Shown: positions 30,950-40,266, counted from the stretch's first letter. The stretch is 64,000 nt of DNA from Bacilli bacterium (GCA_045597865.1 JAZLKX010000001.1:56796-120795), one strand, 5' to 3'. Notes: generated by a model not told the origin, from the sequence alone. A program made the numbers and translations.

Positions 30950-32806
30950 ATGAGAAAGATACATTGGCGTTCAATTATATATATTCTTGTAGATATAGTG
31001 CTTGTCTTTGGCATAGCACTTTTATCTTTTTTAGGTTCATATAAACTTGAAAGTTTTCAAGAATACCATAACGCTATATTGATATACTCTACTGGACTCA
31101 CATTATTAACTGTGATTGCCTTAGCAATCTTTAAGCAATACAAGACTTTATATACCAACTATGGAATGGCTGATAGCTACAGAACTATTATCGCATCCTT
31201 TGTTCCTGCTTTAGCAGGCTTAATTGTCTTGCTATGCGTAAAGCAAACTGGTTTTAAATCGATTGATATTATTGGATGGGCTCTTGCTACATTTGCAACT
31301 GTCTTCTCTTTAGTTATTGCTCGTTCTCTTCCTAGACTTGTTAACACAACTAGAAAGATACTCACAAATAAAAACAAAACAGTTAGAACAATGGTTATTG
31401 GAGCAGGCGCTGCTGCAAAGATCATTGTTGAAGATTCAGTCAATAACATTGAAAGCAAAAACAAAATCGTTGTCTTAATGGATGATGACAAGATGAAATA
31501 CGGAACATCATTCTCTAATATTCCTGTAGAGGGTCCAATATCAAGAGCAGCTGAAGTTATTGAAGAATACGAAGTTGAAGAAGTCATCATTGCTATTGCA
31601 TCTTTAACAGAGCAACGTTTGCATGAGATTGTTGGATTATTATCCAAATCAAACGTTAGAGTCCGTAGAATGCCTCTTTTGACCGAAATGGTTGGCCCTA
31701 ATGATTCAAAGGTCATGGATGTTGACATCAATGACTTACTTTCTAGAAAACCAATTGAACTTGATAACACCGAAGTTACCGAAATGCTAAAAGGCAAAAC
31801 AGTCCTTGTTACAGGTGCTGGTGGTTCCATTGGTAGTGAACTCGTTCGTCAAATATATAAGACACACCCATCAACACTTGTGTTGTTTGATATTTATGAG
31901 AACTCAACATATGATATTCAACAAGATTTAGTCCGTAAGATGAAACGTGAAGATATCAAAGATATCAAACTCGTTACTTTGATTGGCTCAACATATGATG
32001 AAAAACGTGTTGAACAAATCATTCGTAGATATAAGCCAGATTACATCTACCATGCCGCAGCATACAAACATGTTCCATTAATGGAAGATTCTCCAGGAGA
32101 AGCTATTAGAACCAATGTTATTGGTACATACAATGTTGCAAAACTAGCAGACAAATATGGTGTAAAGAAGATGGTTCTTGTTTCAACAGACAAAGCTGTT
32201 AGACCAACCAATACAATGGGTGCTACAAAACGATTTGCAGAAACAATTATCCAATACTTTGCAGAGAAATCAAAAACTACAGCATATGCTGCAGTTAGAT
32301 TTGGCAATGTTCTTGGATCCAATGGCTCAGTTGTTCCACTTTTTAAAGAACAAATTAGAGAAGGTGGACCAATCACAATTACTCATAAGGATATCATTAG
32401 ATATTTCATGACCATTCCAGAAGCAGTATCTTTGATACTTCAATGTGGATTATACGCTACTGGTGGCGAAATCTTTATTCTTGATATGGGTGAACCAGTC
32501 AAGATTTATGATTTAGCAGTCAAACTTATTAGATGTGCAGGTCTTGTTCCAAATAAAGACATTCAAATCGTTGAGACTGGTCTTAGACCAGGAGAGAAGT
32601 TATATGAAGAACTTCTTCTTGATAAGTCAGTTCAAAAGAAAACTCAAAACGATAGAATCTACGTTGAAGAAAAAGAAGCTACAAAACCAATTGAAGAAGA
32701 AATCAAAACAATTTCCAAAGTATTTGATATGGATGAAAAGAATGATGTTAAATCATTACTTGCATCAATCATTGATACATACACCATAGACAAAGGAAAC
32801 AAATAA
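30950..32806 (+). CDS. capD: Membrane-bound UDP-GlcNAc 4,6-dehydratase (CapD/PglF family)
   Basis: 4 TM N-terminus, GAGAA, TGAGGSIGSEL, HAAAYKHVPLME, STDKAV, MGATKR, RFGNVLGSNGSV, GLRPGEKLYEEL. Confidence 0.9.
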   Translation: MRKIHWRSIIYILVDIVLVFGIALLSFLGSYKLESFQEYHNAILIYSTGLTLLTVIALAIFKQYKTLYTNYGMADSYRTIIASFVPALAGLIVLLCVKQTGFKSIDIIGWALATFATVFSLVIARSLPRLVNTTRKILTNKNKTVRTMVIGAGAAAKIIVEDSVNNIESKNKIVVLMDDDKMKYGTSFSNIPVEGPISRAAEVIEEYEVEEVIIAIASLTEQRLHEIVGLLSKSNVRVRRMPLLTEMVGPNDSKVMDVDINDLLSRKPIELDNTEVTEMLKGKTVLVTGAGGSIGSELVRQIYKTHPSTLVLFDIYENSTYDIQQDLVRKMKREDIKDIKLVTLIGSTYDEKRVEQIIRRYKPDYIYHAAAYKHVPLMEDSPGEAIRTNVIGTYNVAKLADKYGVKKMVLVSTDKAVRPTNTMGATKRFAETIIQYFAEKSKTTAYAAVRFGNVLGSNGSVVPLFKEQIREGGPITITHKDIIRYFMTIPEAVSLILQCGLYATGGEIFILDMGEPVKIYDLAVKLIRCAGLVPNKDIQIVETGLRPGEKLYEELLLDKSVQKKTQNDRIYVEEKEATKPIEEEIKTISKVFDMDEKNDVKSLLASIIDTYTIDKGNK

Positions 32807-32807
32807 G

Positions 32808-33416
32808 ATGAAGTTATCAGTTAGACAGAAGATATATCTTCCATTTAAGCGTTTCTTTGATATTATATGTGCATTACTTGCACTTATTGTCTTTTCATGG
32901 CTTTATATCATTTTAGGCTTACTTGTCGTGTGTACTTCAAAAGGTGGACTCTTTTTTAAACAAAAACGTATTGGAAAGAATAAGAAGACATTTAATATTC
33001 TTAAGTTTAGAACTATGAGAGCTGATACTCCTCATGACACTCCAACTCATTTACTTGAAAATCCAGAGCAATATATCACTAAAGTTGGTAAGTTCTTAAG
33101 AAAGACATCATTAGATGAAATTCCTCAAGCAATTAATATTTTAATTGGCCAAATGAGTGTAGTCGGTCCACGTCCTGCATTATGGAACCAAGATGATTTA
33201 GTTGCCGAGCGTGACAAATATGGCGCTAACGACATCAAACCAGGTTTATCTGGATGGGCTCAAGCCAATGGAAGAGATACACTTCCTATTCCAGAGAAAG
33301 CTAAGCTTGATGGTGAATATGTTAAAAGATTCAATATCTGGTTTGATATTAGAATTATATTCAAAACGGTATTCTCAGCCTTTAGAGGCAAAGATGAAGT
33401 AGAAGGCAAGAAATAA
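32808..33416 (+). CDS. Priming sugar (phospho)transferase
   Basis: KRFFD, KFRTM, RKTSLDEIPQ, GQMSVVGPRP, KPGLSGWAQANGR. Confidence 0.95.
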   Translation: MKLSVRQKIYLPFKRFFDIICALLALIVFSWLYIILGLLVVCTSKGGLFFKQKRIGKNKKTFNILKFRTMRADTPHDTPTHLLENPEQYITKVGKFLRKTSLDEIPQAINILIGQMSVVGPRPALWNQDDLVAERDKYGANDIKPGLSGWAQANGRDTLPIPEKAKLDGEYVKRFNIWFDIRIIFKTVFSAFRGKDEVEGKK

Positions 33417-33434
33417 TTGCCTTTTATTCTTCGC

Positions 33435-33531
33435 CGGTTTTTCTCATTACGATTCTTATTATCTATTCGAAAAACAATCATAGGGACTATGTCCCTATTT
33501 TGTTTTCATTTCTCGTATCTAGTAGAGAAAT
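33435..33531 (+). repeat. Structured dispersed repeat, copy B
   Basis: Variant core at 33445-33468; hairpin ATAGGGAC/GTCCCTAT occupies the position of copy A's stem; ATTTCTC/GAGAAAT retained. Confidence 0.8.
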
Positions 33532-33568
33532 CTCTTCATTACCTAATTCTTATAGGAATAAAGAAATA

Positions 33569-33598
33569 CATTACGATTATTACAATCTATTCTTAAAA
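33569..33598 (+). repeat. Dispersed repeat, core-only copy C
   Basis: Exact 24-bp core at 33569-33592. Confidence 0.8.
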
Positions 33599-33682
33599 CT
33601 ATCTTAACTCATCCATAGGCCTCCCTTTATATCGAAAGGAAAGAGATTGATATTAACAAAATTATTGAGCATAATAAATTTA

Positions 33683-34372
33683 ATGAAAGAAAAAACAAAA
33701 AGAGTATTTTTAGCTGCATTTGATATCCATAGCACAATCGGAAAGGTTATCGATATTTCTTTAATTGCGCTGGTTCTTAGCGCTGTTGTGGTTGGAGCGG
33801 TAAAATGTTCTGATACTGATCAAGTTCACAAATCAAATCATTTTTTAAATGAAGCTACACTTGTGCACGGTATGTATAATGTTACAGCAAAAAGTGTTTT
33901 CAATACCGAACAAGTTGAACTTTTAGACGATAGCAAACAAACGAATGTAATCAATAGTTTGTTTATTGGTATTAACCTAGAAATTAATTGTTTAGAGTCT
34001 TGCAATAAAGACCATAAATTAGATTGCAACGATTTCAAAATAAAGAATCATACAGGGGTTTATGTTCCAATGAGCGATATTATGTCTTGTTTGGGTTGGG
34101 ATGGCATTGATGTTCATCTTACTAAGGAAGGTGAAGAATCTGTTATGAGTTCTTGTGATTTTGACACTGAGAAATGTGAAAAAGATTATTCTTTTTATGA
34201 TACAGAACTTATAAAGAATGAAACCTATAATTTTACAATCTACTTCAAAATGGATAGATATATTGATGTTAAAACAAATATCACGGTTTTAGAAATCGAT
34301 TTCTTTTCTGGTAAGAGGAAATATAGAGAAGGATCTGATATAGTTCTGCTTCCGAGACCTGAAAATATGTAA
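33683..34372 (+). CDS. Hypothetical membrane-anchored protein
   Basis: One TM helix then a soluble domain; ATG 33683 lies 7 nt after TTGATA-17-CATAAT. Confidence 0.6.
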   Translation: MKEKTKRVFLAAFDIHSTIGKVIDISLIALVLSAVVVGAVKCSDTDQVHKSNHFLNEATLVHGMYNVTAKSVFNTEQVELLDDSKQTNVINSLFIGINLEINCLESCNKDHKLDCNDFKIKNHTGVYVPMSDIMSCLGWDGIDVHLTKEGEESVMSSCDFDTEKCEKDYSFYDTELIKNETYNFTIYFKMDRYIDVKTNITVLEIDFFSGKRKYREGSDIVLLPRPENM

Positions 34373-34375
34373 AAT

Positions 34376-34418
34376 CGGGTTTTTATCATTACGATTATTA
34401 CAATCTATTCTAAAAACA
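34376..34418 (+). repeat. Dispersed repeat, copy D
   Basis: CGGGTTTT prefix plus exact core at 34387-34410. Confidence 0.8.
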
Positions 34419-34460
34419 TACTTACCTTACCCTTAATCCCTTTCCTATAACAAAGGACAG

Positions 34461-34607
34461 GGAAGAGATACACTTCCTATTATAGAGAAAGCAAAGCTTG
34501 ATGATGAATATGTTAAAAGATTCAATATCTTGTTTGATATTAGAATTATATTCAAAACAGTATTCTCAGCCTTTAGAGGCAAAGAGGAAGTAGAAGGAAA
34601 GAAGTAG
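34461..34607 (+). pseudogene. Duplicated 3' end of the priming sugar transferase
   Basis: 147-bp colinear copy of 33270-33416 with about 10 substitutions. Confidence 0.9.
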
Positions 34608-34789
34608 TCCTTCTATTTTTCTTATTTCATTCCTAGTCCTTCCCTTATCTCAAAAGGAAAGGGAATAAATTTGTATTAAATCTTTTATGCAAAAAATCAT
34701 TTTCATCATTCATATTAAAAAATATTAATATTAAAAAGCGCCCCCTTGTTATCAGGAACGCTTAGTTAGATTGGGTCATAATTTCCTTT

Positions 34790-35167
34790 CTAGTGTTTTG
34801 AAGTATAATCAATAAACATATAAGTAGATAGATTGACTATACCGTAGCCATATTTGTAAGGACGTTTTCTCACAGAATATGACTTACCGTTGAATGAGTA
34901 GTTAAGATTGTTAGATTTGGCTTCATTTACACAATGATAAGTAAACTCTAGATTTGTCTCATCGTTGCCTCCGCCATATGATTGTGGATAAATGTGGTCG
35001 ATTTCCCAGCCACAATCTTCTAGCCTACCGTCTGGAGTAATTCTTTTTGAGCAATTATCTCCATGGTCATCTAGATAAATCCAATAACCATAACAATCTC
35101 TAACCCATTTTGTGTAACCGTATCGTTTATACCACAATGCAGTTAAGTTTTGATCATCAATTGTCAT
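34790..35167 (-). CDS. HNH endonuclease-signature protein
   Basis: WEIDHIYPQSYGG.ND..NL.....N..KSN; AAGGAG RBS; TTGACA/TATAAT promoter upstream. Confidence 0.8.
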   Translation of the reverse strand: MTIDDQNLTALWYKRYGYTKWVRDCYGYWIYLDDHGDNCSKRITPDGRLEDCGWEIDHIYPQSYGGGNDETNLEFTYHCVNEAKSNNLNYSFNGKSYSVRKRPYKYGYGIVNLSTYMFIDYTSKH

Positions 35168-35385
35168 TTTATGGTCTCCTTTCTTTTATAGAGTTTATAG
35201 GTGGCTCTCACCAGATATTCGGAATATCTACCTTAATTATATAAGAAAATATATGTATGTCAATCATTTAAAAGGTAAAAATCGCTCTTTTTACCGTTAT
35301 CATATAAAATTTAATATTAATAAATGTAAAATTCTTTGTATTTATGGAATTTAATTGGTATAATATCATCGGCTGGAGGCACTTT

Positions 35386-36609
35386 ATGGAATTTTTGTCA
35401 CTATATAAATACTTTGTAATGGATAAAACTAATAGTTTTGAGGAATATTACAAAACAAGATTTAATGCAGAATCTTCTTATCATTTTCCTTTAAAAATTG
35501 GTGAGTATGATGCTTTTTTCTATTATCATCCAGCAATTGCTGAACAATTAAATACGATATATAAACTTGATAAGCAAGTATCAGCAAGCTTTAAGGACTT
35601 ACCTGGTATTGCTCAAAAACAATATATTAAAAAATCTTTGATAGATGAAATTGAAATGACAAACCAAATTGAAGGTGTTGTTTCAACTCGTAAGGAGATT
35701 CATGATCTAATCACAGATATTGAAACAAAAGTCGCTAAGAAAAATAGATTCGATGGCATCGTTAAGAAGTATTACTATCTGATTGATAGTAGAAATGAAA
35801 AATTTACTTCGTCTGCAGATATTAGAAAGCTTTATGATGACATTCTTCATAAAGAAGTTATTGAAGAAAATCCAAAGCATGAACTTGATGGAGCAATTTT
35901 CCGTAAAGACCAAGTTGAAGTTGATAAGTCTGGTATTTTGATTCACAATGGTGTTTTTCCAGAGTCCAAGATTATCGAATATATTGAAAATAGTCTATCT
36001 ATTTTAAACCATGAAGATTTAGATCCTATTTTAAGGGCAGTAATTTTCCATTATCTTTTTGGGTATACTCATCCATTTTATGACGGCAATGGTAGGATGG
36101 CCCGTATTTTAACAAGTTATGTCATTTCTAAAGAGTTGACCCCTATTAATGGATATAGATTATCTATGTCAATTAAGGAAAATCTTTCAAAATATTATGA
36201 TGCTTTTAAATATACTAATGATCCAAGAAATCGTGGTGATATTAGCACATTTGTATATGAATTTCTTAACATTTTAATAGAAAGTTTACAAAAAACTATT
36301 ATTTACTCTAATAATAAAAAACAACAAATGGACGAGCTTTGGAAGATTGCATTAAGTAAGAACAAACTCACTCCAAAAGAAGTTAAATCAAACATTGCTT
36401 ATTATTTGTTACAAGCTCAGATGTTTTCGCATCTTGGTATCACAGTTTCTGAAATTTTTAAAGCTGGAAATAATGGCACGGAAAAAACGATTAGAAACAG
36501 TCTAAACAGTTTAGTTGAAAGAAAAATTGCAATAGTTCAAAGAAGCGGAAGAACAAAATACTATATGTTGAGTTGTGATATGCTTGAAGAAGATGTTGTT
36601 AAGTCATAA
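35386..36609 (+). CDS. Fic family protein
   Basis: HPFYDGNGRMAR catalytic motif, TNQIEG, C-terminal wHTH-like region; ATG 35386 after GGAGG. Confidence 0.9.
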   Translation: MEFLSLYKYFVMDKTNSFEEYYKTRFNAESSYHFPLKIGEYDAFFYYHPAIAEQLNTIYKLDKQVSASFKDLPGIAQKQYIKKSLIDEIEMTNQIEGVVSTRKEIHDLITDIETKVAKKNRFDGIVKKYYYLIDSRNEKFTSSADIRKLYDDILHKEVIEENPKHELDGAIFRKDQVEVDKSGILIHNGVFPESKIIEYIENSLSILNHEDLDPILRAVIFHYLFGYTHPFYDGNGRMARILTSYVISKELTPINGYRLSMSIKENLSKYYDAFKYTNDPRNRGDISTFVYEFLNILIESLQKTIIYSNNKKQQMDELWKIALSKNKLTPKEVKSNIAYYLLQAQMFSHLGITVSEIFKAGNNGTEKTIRNSLNSLVERKIAIVQRSGRTKYYMLSCDMLEEDVVKS

Positions 36610-36613
36610 ATAA

Positions 36614-36710
36614 GTTTTCTCATTACGATTATTACAATCTATTCATAAAACATTAAGAAGACTTAAGTCTTCTTTTGTTTTTGATTTCTCGTATGAAATA
36701 GAGAAATACC
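36614..36710 (+). repeat. Structured dispersed repeat, copy E
   Basis: Core at 36621-36644; hairpin AAGAAGAC/GTCTTCTT; ATTTCTC/GAGAAAT. Confidence 0.85.
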
Positions 36711-36781
36711 TATACCTAATATAAATATTAAATATTTTTCTTTCTTATTACTTAATTAGATTATGTAACTAGAAAGAAGAT

Positions 36782-37357
36782 ATGAAAGAATTAATTAAGT
36801 TATCTACATTATTCGTAATAGGATCACTTCTTGGTTACATTATTGAAGTTATATATAAAAGAGTTATATCTAAGAAGAAGTGGACCAACCCAGGTTTTCT
36901 TAAAGGACCATACTTACCTATCTATGGTTTTGGAACAATTGTGTTATATGAAATATCAAGTGTTCTTATAAGCTTACTTAATGTTCCAAAACCATTAGAG
37001 GTAATTATTGTTATTTTAACCTTTGGCGTACTTCTAACTCTTTTAGAATTACTCTCTGGAATTATATTCCTTAAAAGATTTAATCTTAGACTCTGGGATT
37101 ACTCCAAGAGAAAATTAAATCTTAATGGATTAATATGCCTTCGTTATAGTGTTTACTGGACTATTCTTGGAGTAGGTTATTTTTATCTACTACATCCATT
37201 ATTTATTAGACTTACGAATTTCTCTATTTCAAATCAATTCGTGAGTCTTATAATCGTCATTATTATGATCAGCATTCTTATTGATACATTCATGTCGTTT
37301 AATATTCCTAAGAAGCTCACCAAAGTTGTAAGCGTTATTAGAAATAACATCTTATAG
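36782..37357 (+). CDS. Putative ABC transporter permease (CmpB/DUF1113-like)
   Basis: GFLKGPYLPIYGFG, LWDYS..N.NG.IC motifs; TM helices. Confidence 0.8.
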   Translation: MKELIKLSTLFVIGSLLGYIIEVIYKRVISKKKWTNPGFLKGPYLPIYGFGTIVLYEISSVLISLLNVPKPLEVIIVILTFGVLLTLLELLSGIIFLKRFNLRLWDYSKRKLNLNGLICLRYSVYWTILGVGYFYLLHPLFIRLTNFSISNQFVSLIIVIIMISILIDTFMSFNIPKKLTKVVSVIRNNIL

Positions 37358-37500
37358 TTAAATGACTATTATCTATATAGTTTATTGCTATTTTTATTTC
37401 ACCTTAACTTGGTGAATTATATAAGTGTGGATGGATCACTAGTAAATAATAATAATCTAAACGAATGTGAGAGTGATCCATCCACTTGATATATAAGCAG

Positions 37501-37522
37501 AGAGGACAAAACGTGTCCTCAC
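37501..37522. repeat. 22-bp palindromic repeat, copy 1
   Basis: AGAGGACAAAACGTGTCCTCAC, identical to 40120-40141. Confidence 0.9.
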
Positions 37523-37569
37523 GCTTTTTCTTTATAGTTTATAAAATGATTTCATAAAAAAAGACACCA

Positions 37570-37782
37570 TTAACGAATGATGTCTATTGCAGAAACTTTG
37601 AGAGCTTCTGCGAACGTGTTGATCACCTCAATACTATCTGTACCATCCCTTTCTACGCGTCGAATAGTTCGAATCGAATAGAATGTCATGGCAGCTAACT
37701 CTTCTTGAGTCAGGTGATTCTTGAGCCTCAGCGATTTAATGGTAGCACCAATAGAACGCTGATCGATTAGGATAACGTTCAT
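37570..37782 (-). CDS. XRE-family HTH regulator
   Basis: IKSLR...LTQEELA......TIRRVE; GGAGG RBS. Confidence 0.85.
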   Translation of the reverse strand: MNVILIDQRSIGATIKSLRLKNHLTQEELAAMTFYSIRTIRRVERDGTDSIEVINTFAEALKVSAIDIIR

Positions 37783-37894
37783 AATGCATACCTCCTAAAT
37801 GTTTCCTTCAATTCATTTAGAGGACTATAGATTATGAACTAATAATATTATATTAATTTTAATATAATAAGTCAAGATATTTAGAGGAAAATTT

Positions 37895-38077
37895 ATGAGT
37901 TTAGATAAAGCAATTAAATATGGTAAAGAACACAGAAAACCTTATAGAGGGGCAAAGGCAGTTGATGTTTCCTGTAGGAATTACGGAGATTGTCCTTATT
38001 GCTTTGGAAATAGAACTTTTCAATTTCATAAAGAATTAGAAAAAGCTAAGTATTCAGTGAAGGAATTTAATAAATGA
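37895..38077 (+). CDS. Small phage-type hypothetical protein
   Basis: MSLDKAIKYGKEHRKPY...CRN.G.CPYC; GAGG RBS; coupled to the next gene. Confidence 0.65.
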   Translation: MSLDKAIKYGKEHRKPYRGAKAVDVSCRNYGDCPYCFGNRTFQFHKELEKAKYSVKEFNK

Positions 38078-39012
38078 AAAAATATTTTGTTATTAGTGAC
38101 ATTCATAGCTTCTATACCCCAATGATTGAAGCATTAAATGAACAAGGTTATCAAAAAGACAATCCAAATCACATATTAATCGTTTTAGGAGACTTATTTG
38201 ATCGTGGTGACGAAACAATTGAAGTCTATAACTTCTTATCAAGTCTTCCTAAGAATAGACGTATTTTAATATATGGAAATCATGAGCAATTATTCTTAGA
38301 ACTATTAAATAAGAAATTTCCTGATAAGTACGACTTTTCAAATAAGACAGTTAAAACATTTTGTCAGATTGCGAATAATGAGCTTATTAAAAAAGGAATA
38401 ACCGGAAAACAATATGATGATAATGAACTTTATTATTCATATTTTGGTTACTATATGGATATTTCTCCTACAGATGTATGGAAAGAAATTCGCGAATTAG
38501 TTAAACAAAGTGATGTTGCTAAGTTTATTAAAAGTAAATTTAATTGGGTTAATTACTATGAATTTGGTTATTACATTTTCGTGCATAGCTTTATCCCAAC
38601 AAAACTTAAAGCAAAGTGCTTAAAAAAGTTTGGTAAAGATTTTTATTCAGAAGATCCATCATTATATGAATATGATCCGAATTGGAGAGAAAGCGATATA
38701 TGGAAGTTTGCGGTGTGGGGATGTCCTTTCACACAGTTTAAAGCAGGTCTATTTGATCCAGAGATAGAAAAAGGAAAAATATTAGTTTGTGGCCATTGGC
38801 ATACATCCGATTTCTTTAAATATTTGTCTAATGATCATTCTTATGCATATAAATGTGCTCCAATATATTACTCACTTCATTTAATCGGAATTGATGGTGG
38901 TGTTATGTGGAGTAGAAAAGAAGGCTATATCCACAAACAAAATGTTTTAGTTATTGAAGAAACTGACTTAGGAGGAATAAAACAATGTTCAAATGCAATT
39001 CAGCAGGAATAG
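38074..39012 (+). CDS. Calcineurin-like metallophosphoesterase
   Basis: SDIH, GDLFDRG, GNHE, VH, GHWH motifs. Confidence 0.9.
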   Translation: MKKYFVISDIHSFYTPMIEALNEQGYQKDNPNHILIVLGDLFDRGDETIEVYNFLSSLPKNRRILIYGNHEQLFLELLNKKFPDKYDFSNKTVKTFCQIANNELIKKGITGKQYDDNELYYSYFGYYMDISPTDVWKEIRELVKQSDVAKFIKSKFNWVNYYEFGYYIFVHSFIPTKLKAKCLKKFGKDFYSEDPSLYEYDPNWRESDIWKFAVWGCPFTQFKAGLFDPEIEKGKILVCGHWHTSDFFKYLSNDHSYAYKCAPIYYSLHLIGIDGGVMWSRKEGYIHKQNVLVIEETDLGGIKQCSNAIQQE

Positions 39013-39446
39013 CTATCTCTTTTGAGATAAAAAGGCCTGATATGAGCACGTTCTACGATGAAGATGAATGGTGTTTAGTTAGTTTTAAGTTAACTTCTGG
39101 AAAAATGTTGCGTTATGAGTGTGAAGACGCTTATGTGTTGCGTTTTTCAGAAATTAGAGAACTTCATGAAGCGTTAACAAAGCTTCTAATGAATGAATAT
39201 AAAGAAGAAACAGTAATTAATTTTGAAGTCCCTGATTTTGAGTTTTACCTTTTTCCAGTTTTTGATTTAAAAAAGGATCCTAATTTTTTATATGTAACAG
39301 AAGAAGGTAGGTTTACTAAGATAAACTTATATTGGCGAATATACTTTTGGAATGGTGCAGTATCTACAAGCAATTATTTATCAGTTAATTTGGATAAAGA
39401 ACAAATAATTGAGTTAAGAGATTATCTAAGAACAATACTTAATTAG
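38985..39446 (+). CDS. Hypothetical protein
   Basis: AGGAGG RBS, 153-aa ORF. Confidence 0.6.
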   Translation: MFKCNSAGIAISFEIKRPDMSTFYDEDEWCLVSFKLTSGKMLRYECEDAYVLRFSEIRELHEALTKLLMNEYKEETVINFEVPDFEFYLFPVFDLKKDPNFLYVTEEGRFTKINLYWRIYFWNGAVSTSNYLSVNLDKEQIIELRDYLRTILN

Positions 39447-39462
39447 TAGGTGGAAGAAACTT

Positions 39463-39726
39463 ATGAAAAGATATAGCGAATTAACATTTAATGATTTACT
39501 AAAATCAAACTTTGCAAATTACCTGAAGATATATTGGAATGGAAATATTATCTATGACGACGACTTATATTTTGAGACTGATCTCGATAATACATATCAT
39601 TCAACACACACTGGCAAAACAGGAATTGAGTATGTTGAAAAGCATTACGGTAACAAGAAAATTTACAGTGTCTATATTTTGGTTGTTCATATTCATCACA
39701 CAGAACTTTATATTGAAGGAGAATAG
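39463..39726 (+). CDS. Hypothetical protein
   Basis: Co-directional ORF with a purine-rich leader. Confidence 0.55.
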   Translation: MKRYSELTFNDLLKSNFANYLKIYWNGNIIYDDDLYFETDLDNTYHSTHTGKTGIEYVEKHYGNKKIYSVYILVVHIHHTELYIEGE

Positions 39727-39734
39727 AAACTAAT

Positions 39735-40049
39735 ATGAAAAGAAGAACTTATTTAGTAACTCAAATTGAAATTGATGAAAAAGATCCAAAGAATGATGGA
39801 AAAGAATTTTATGCTCTTTTTCATAATCTAAAAGAAGCTCAAAGGTTTGTGAAAAACAACACAACAGATATTTGGGAAACTTGTTTTAATTATGTTTGTA
39901 TTGAAGGTGTTGAAGACTGTGTTTTACCAACTTTAGATGAAGGAATAACATATCGTCAATTTTATAAATACAATAAAGAACGTGGCAAATATGAAGAATG
40001 TGAACCACCTTTAAAATACAAAAATTATGTTTGGTTTATTAGTTTGTAA
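39735..40049 (+). CDS. Hypothetical phage-like protein
   Basis: AAGGAG upstream; co-directional. Confidence 0.55.
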   Translation: MKRRTYLVTQIEIDEKDPKNDGKEFYALFHNLKEAQRFVKNNTTDIWETCFNYVCIEGVEDCVLPTLDEGITYRQFYKYNKERGKYEECEPPLKYKNYVWFISL

Positions 40050-40119
40050 GTAAAAGTAGGAAAAAGCTAAGAATTTGAGCGATTTCCCTATGTTTTCTCG
40101 TTTATTTTTGTGTTTTAAA

Positions 40120-40141
40120 AGAGGACAAAACGTGTCCTCAC
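40120..40141. repeat. 22-bp palindromic repeat, copy 2
   Basis: Identical to 37501-37522. Confidence 0.9.
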
Positions 40142-40192
40142 AATTATTAAAATTTGCTCATATAATATTAATGTTTTGATATCGGTATCAAC

Positions 40193-40266
40193 GCCGGCCT
40201 CATATATAGGTAGTATGTCAGTCTCCAAAACTGTTCGACAGCGTTCGAGTCGCTGGACCGGTGCCA
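40193..40266 (+). tRNA. tRNA-Trp (CCA), atypical
   Basis: 74-nt cloverleaf: acceptor GCCGGCC/GACCGGT, D-stem ATAT/GTAT, anticodon loop CTCCAAA, T-arm CAGCG-TTCGAGT-CGCTG, G73, encoded CCA. Confidence 0.9.

Noticed and set aside
31177-32376. Antisense ORFs (217 aa and 109 aa) in capD, and similar short overlapping ORFs elsewhere
   Set aside because: They shadow well-supported genes on the opposite strand or another frame, with no RBS or motifs
90-36609. Alternative genetic code (UGA=Trp or AGG=Met)
   Set aside because: Long ORFs are intact in code 11, Trp is TGG, TGA ends genes at ATGA overlaps, and AGG encodes conserved Arg (GVMRP in CapF-like, GNGR in Fic)
21457-36644. CATTACGATT... repeats as a CRISPR array
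   Set aside because: Copies are up to kilobases apart with whole genes between them; no regular spacers and no cas genes in the window
33435-36710. Classical integron
   Set aside because: No IntI integrase in the window and no RYYYAAC/GTTRRRY attC ends; kept only as a cassette-like hypothesis
37570-40049. Intact prophage
   Set aside because: No integrase, replication, structural or lysis genes; at most a remnant
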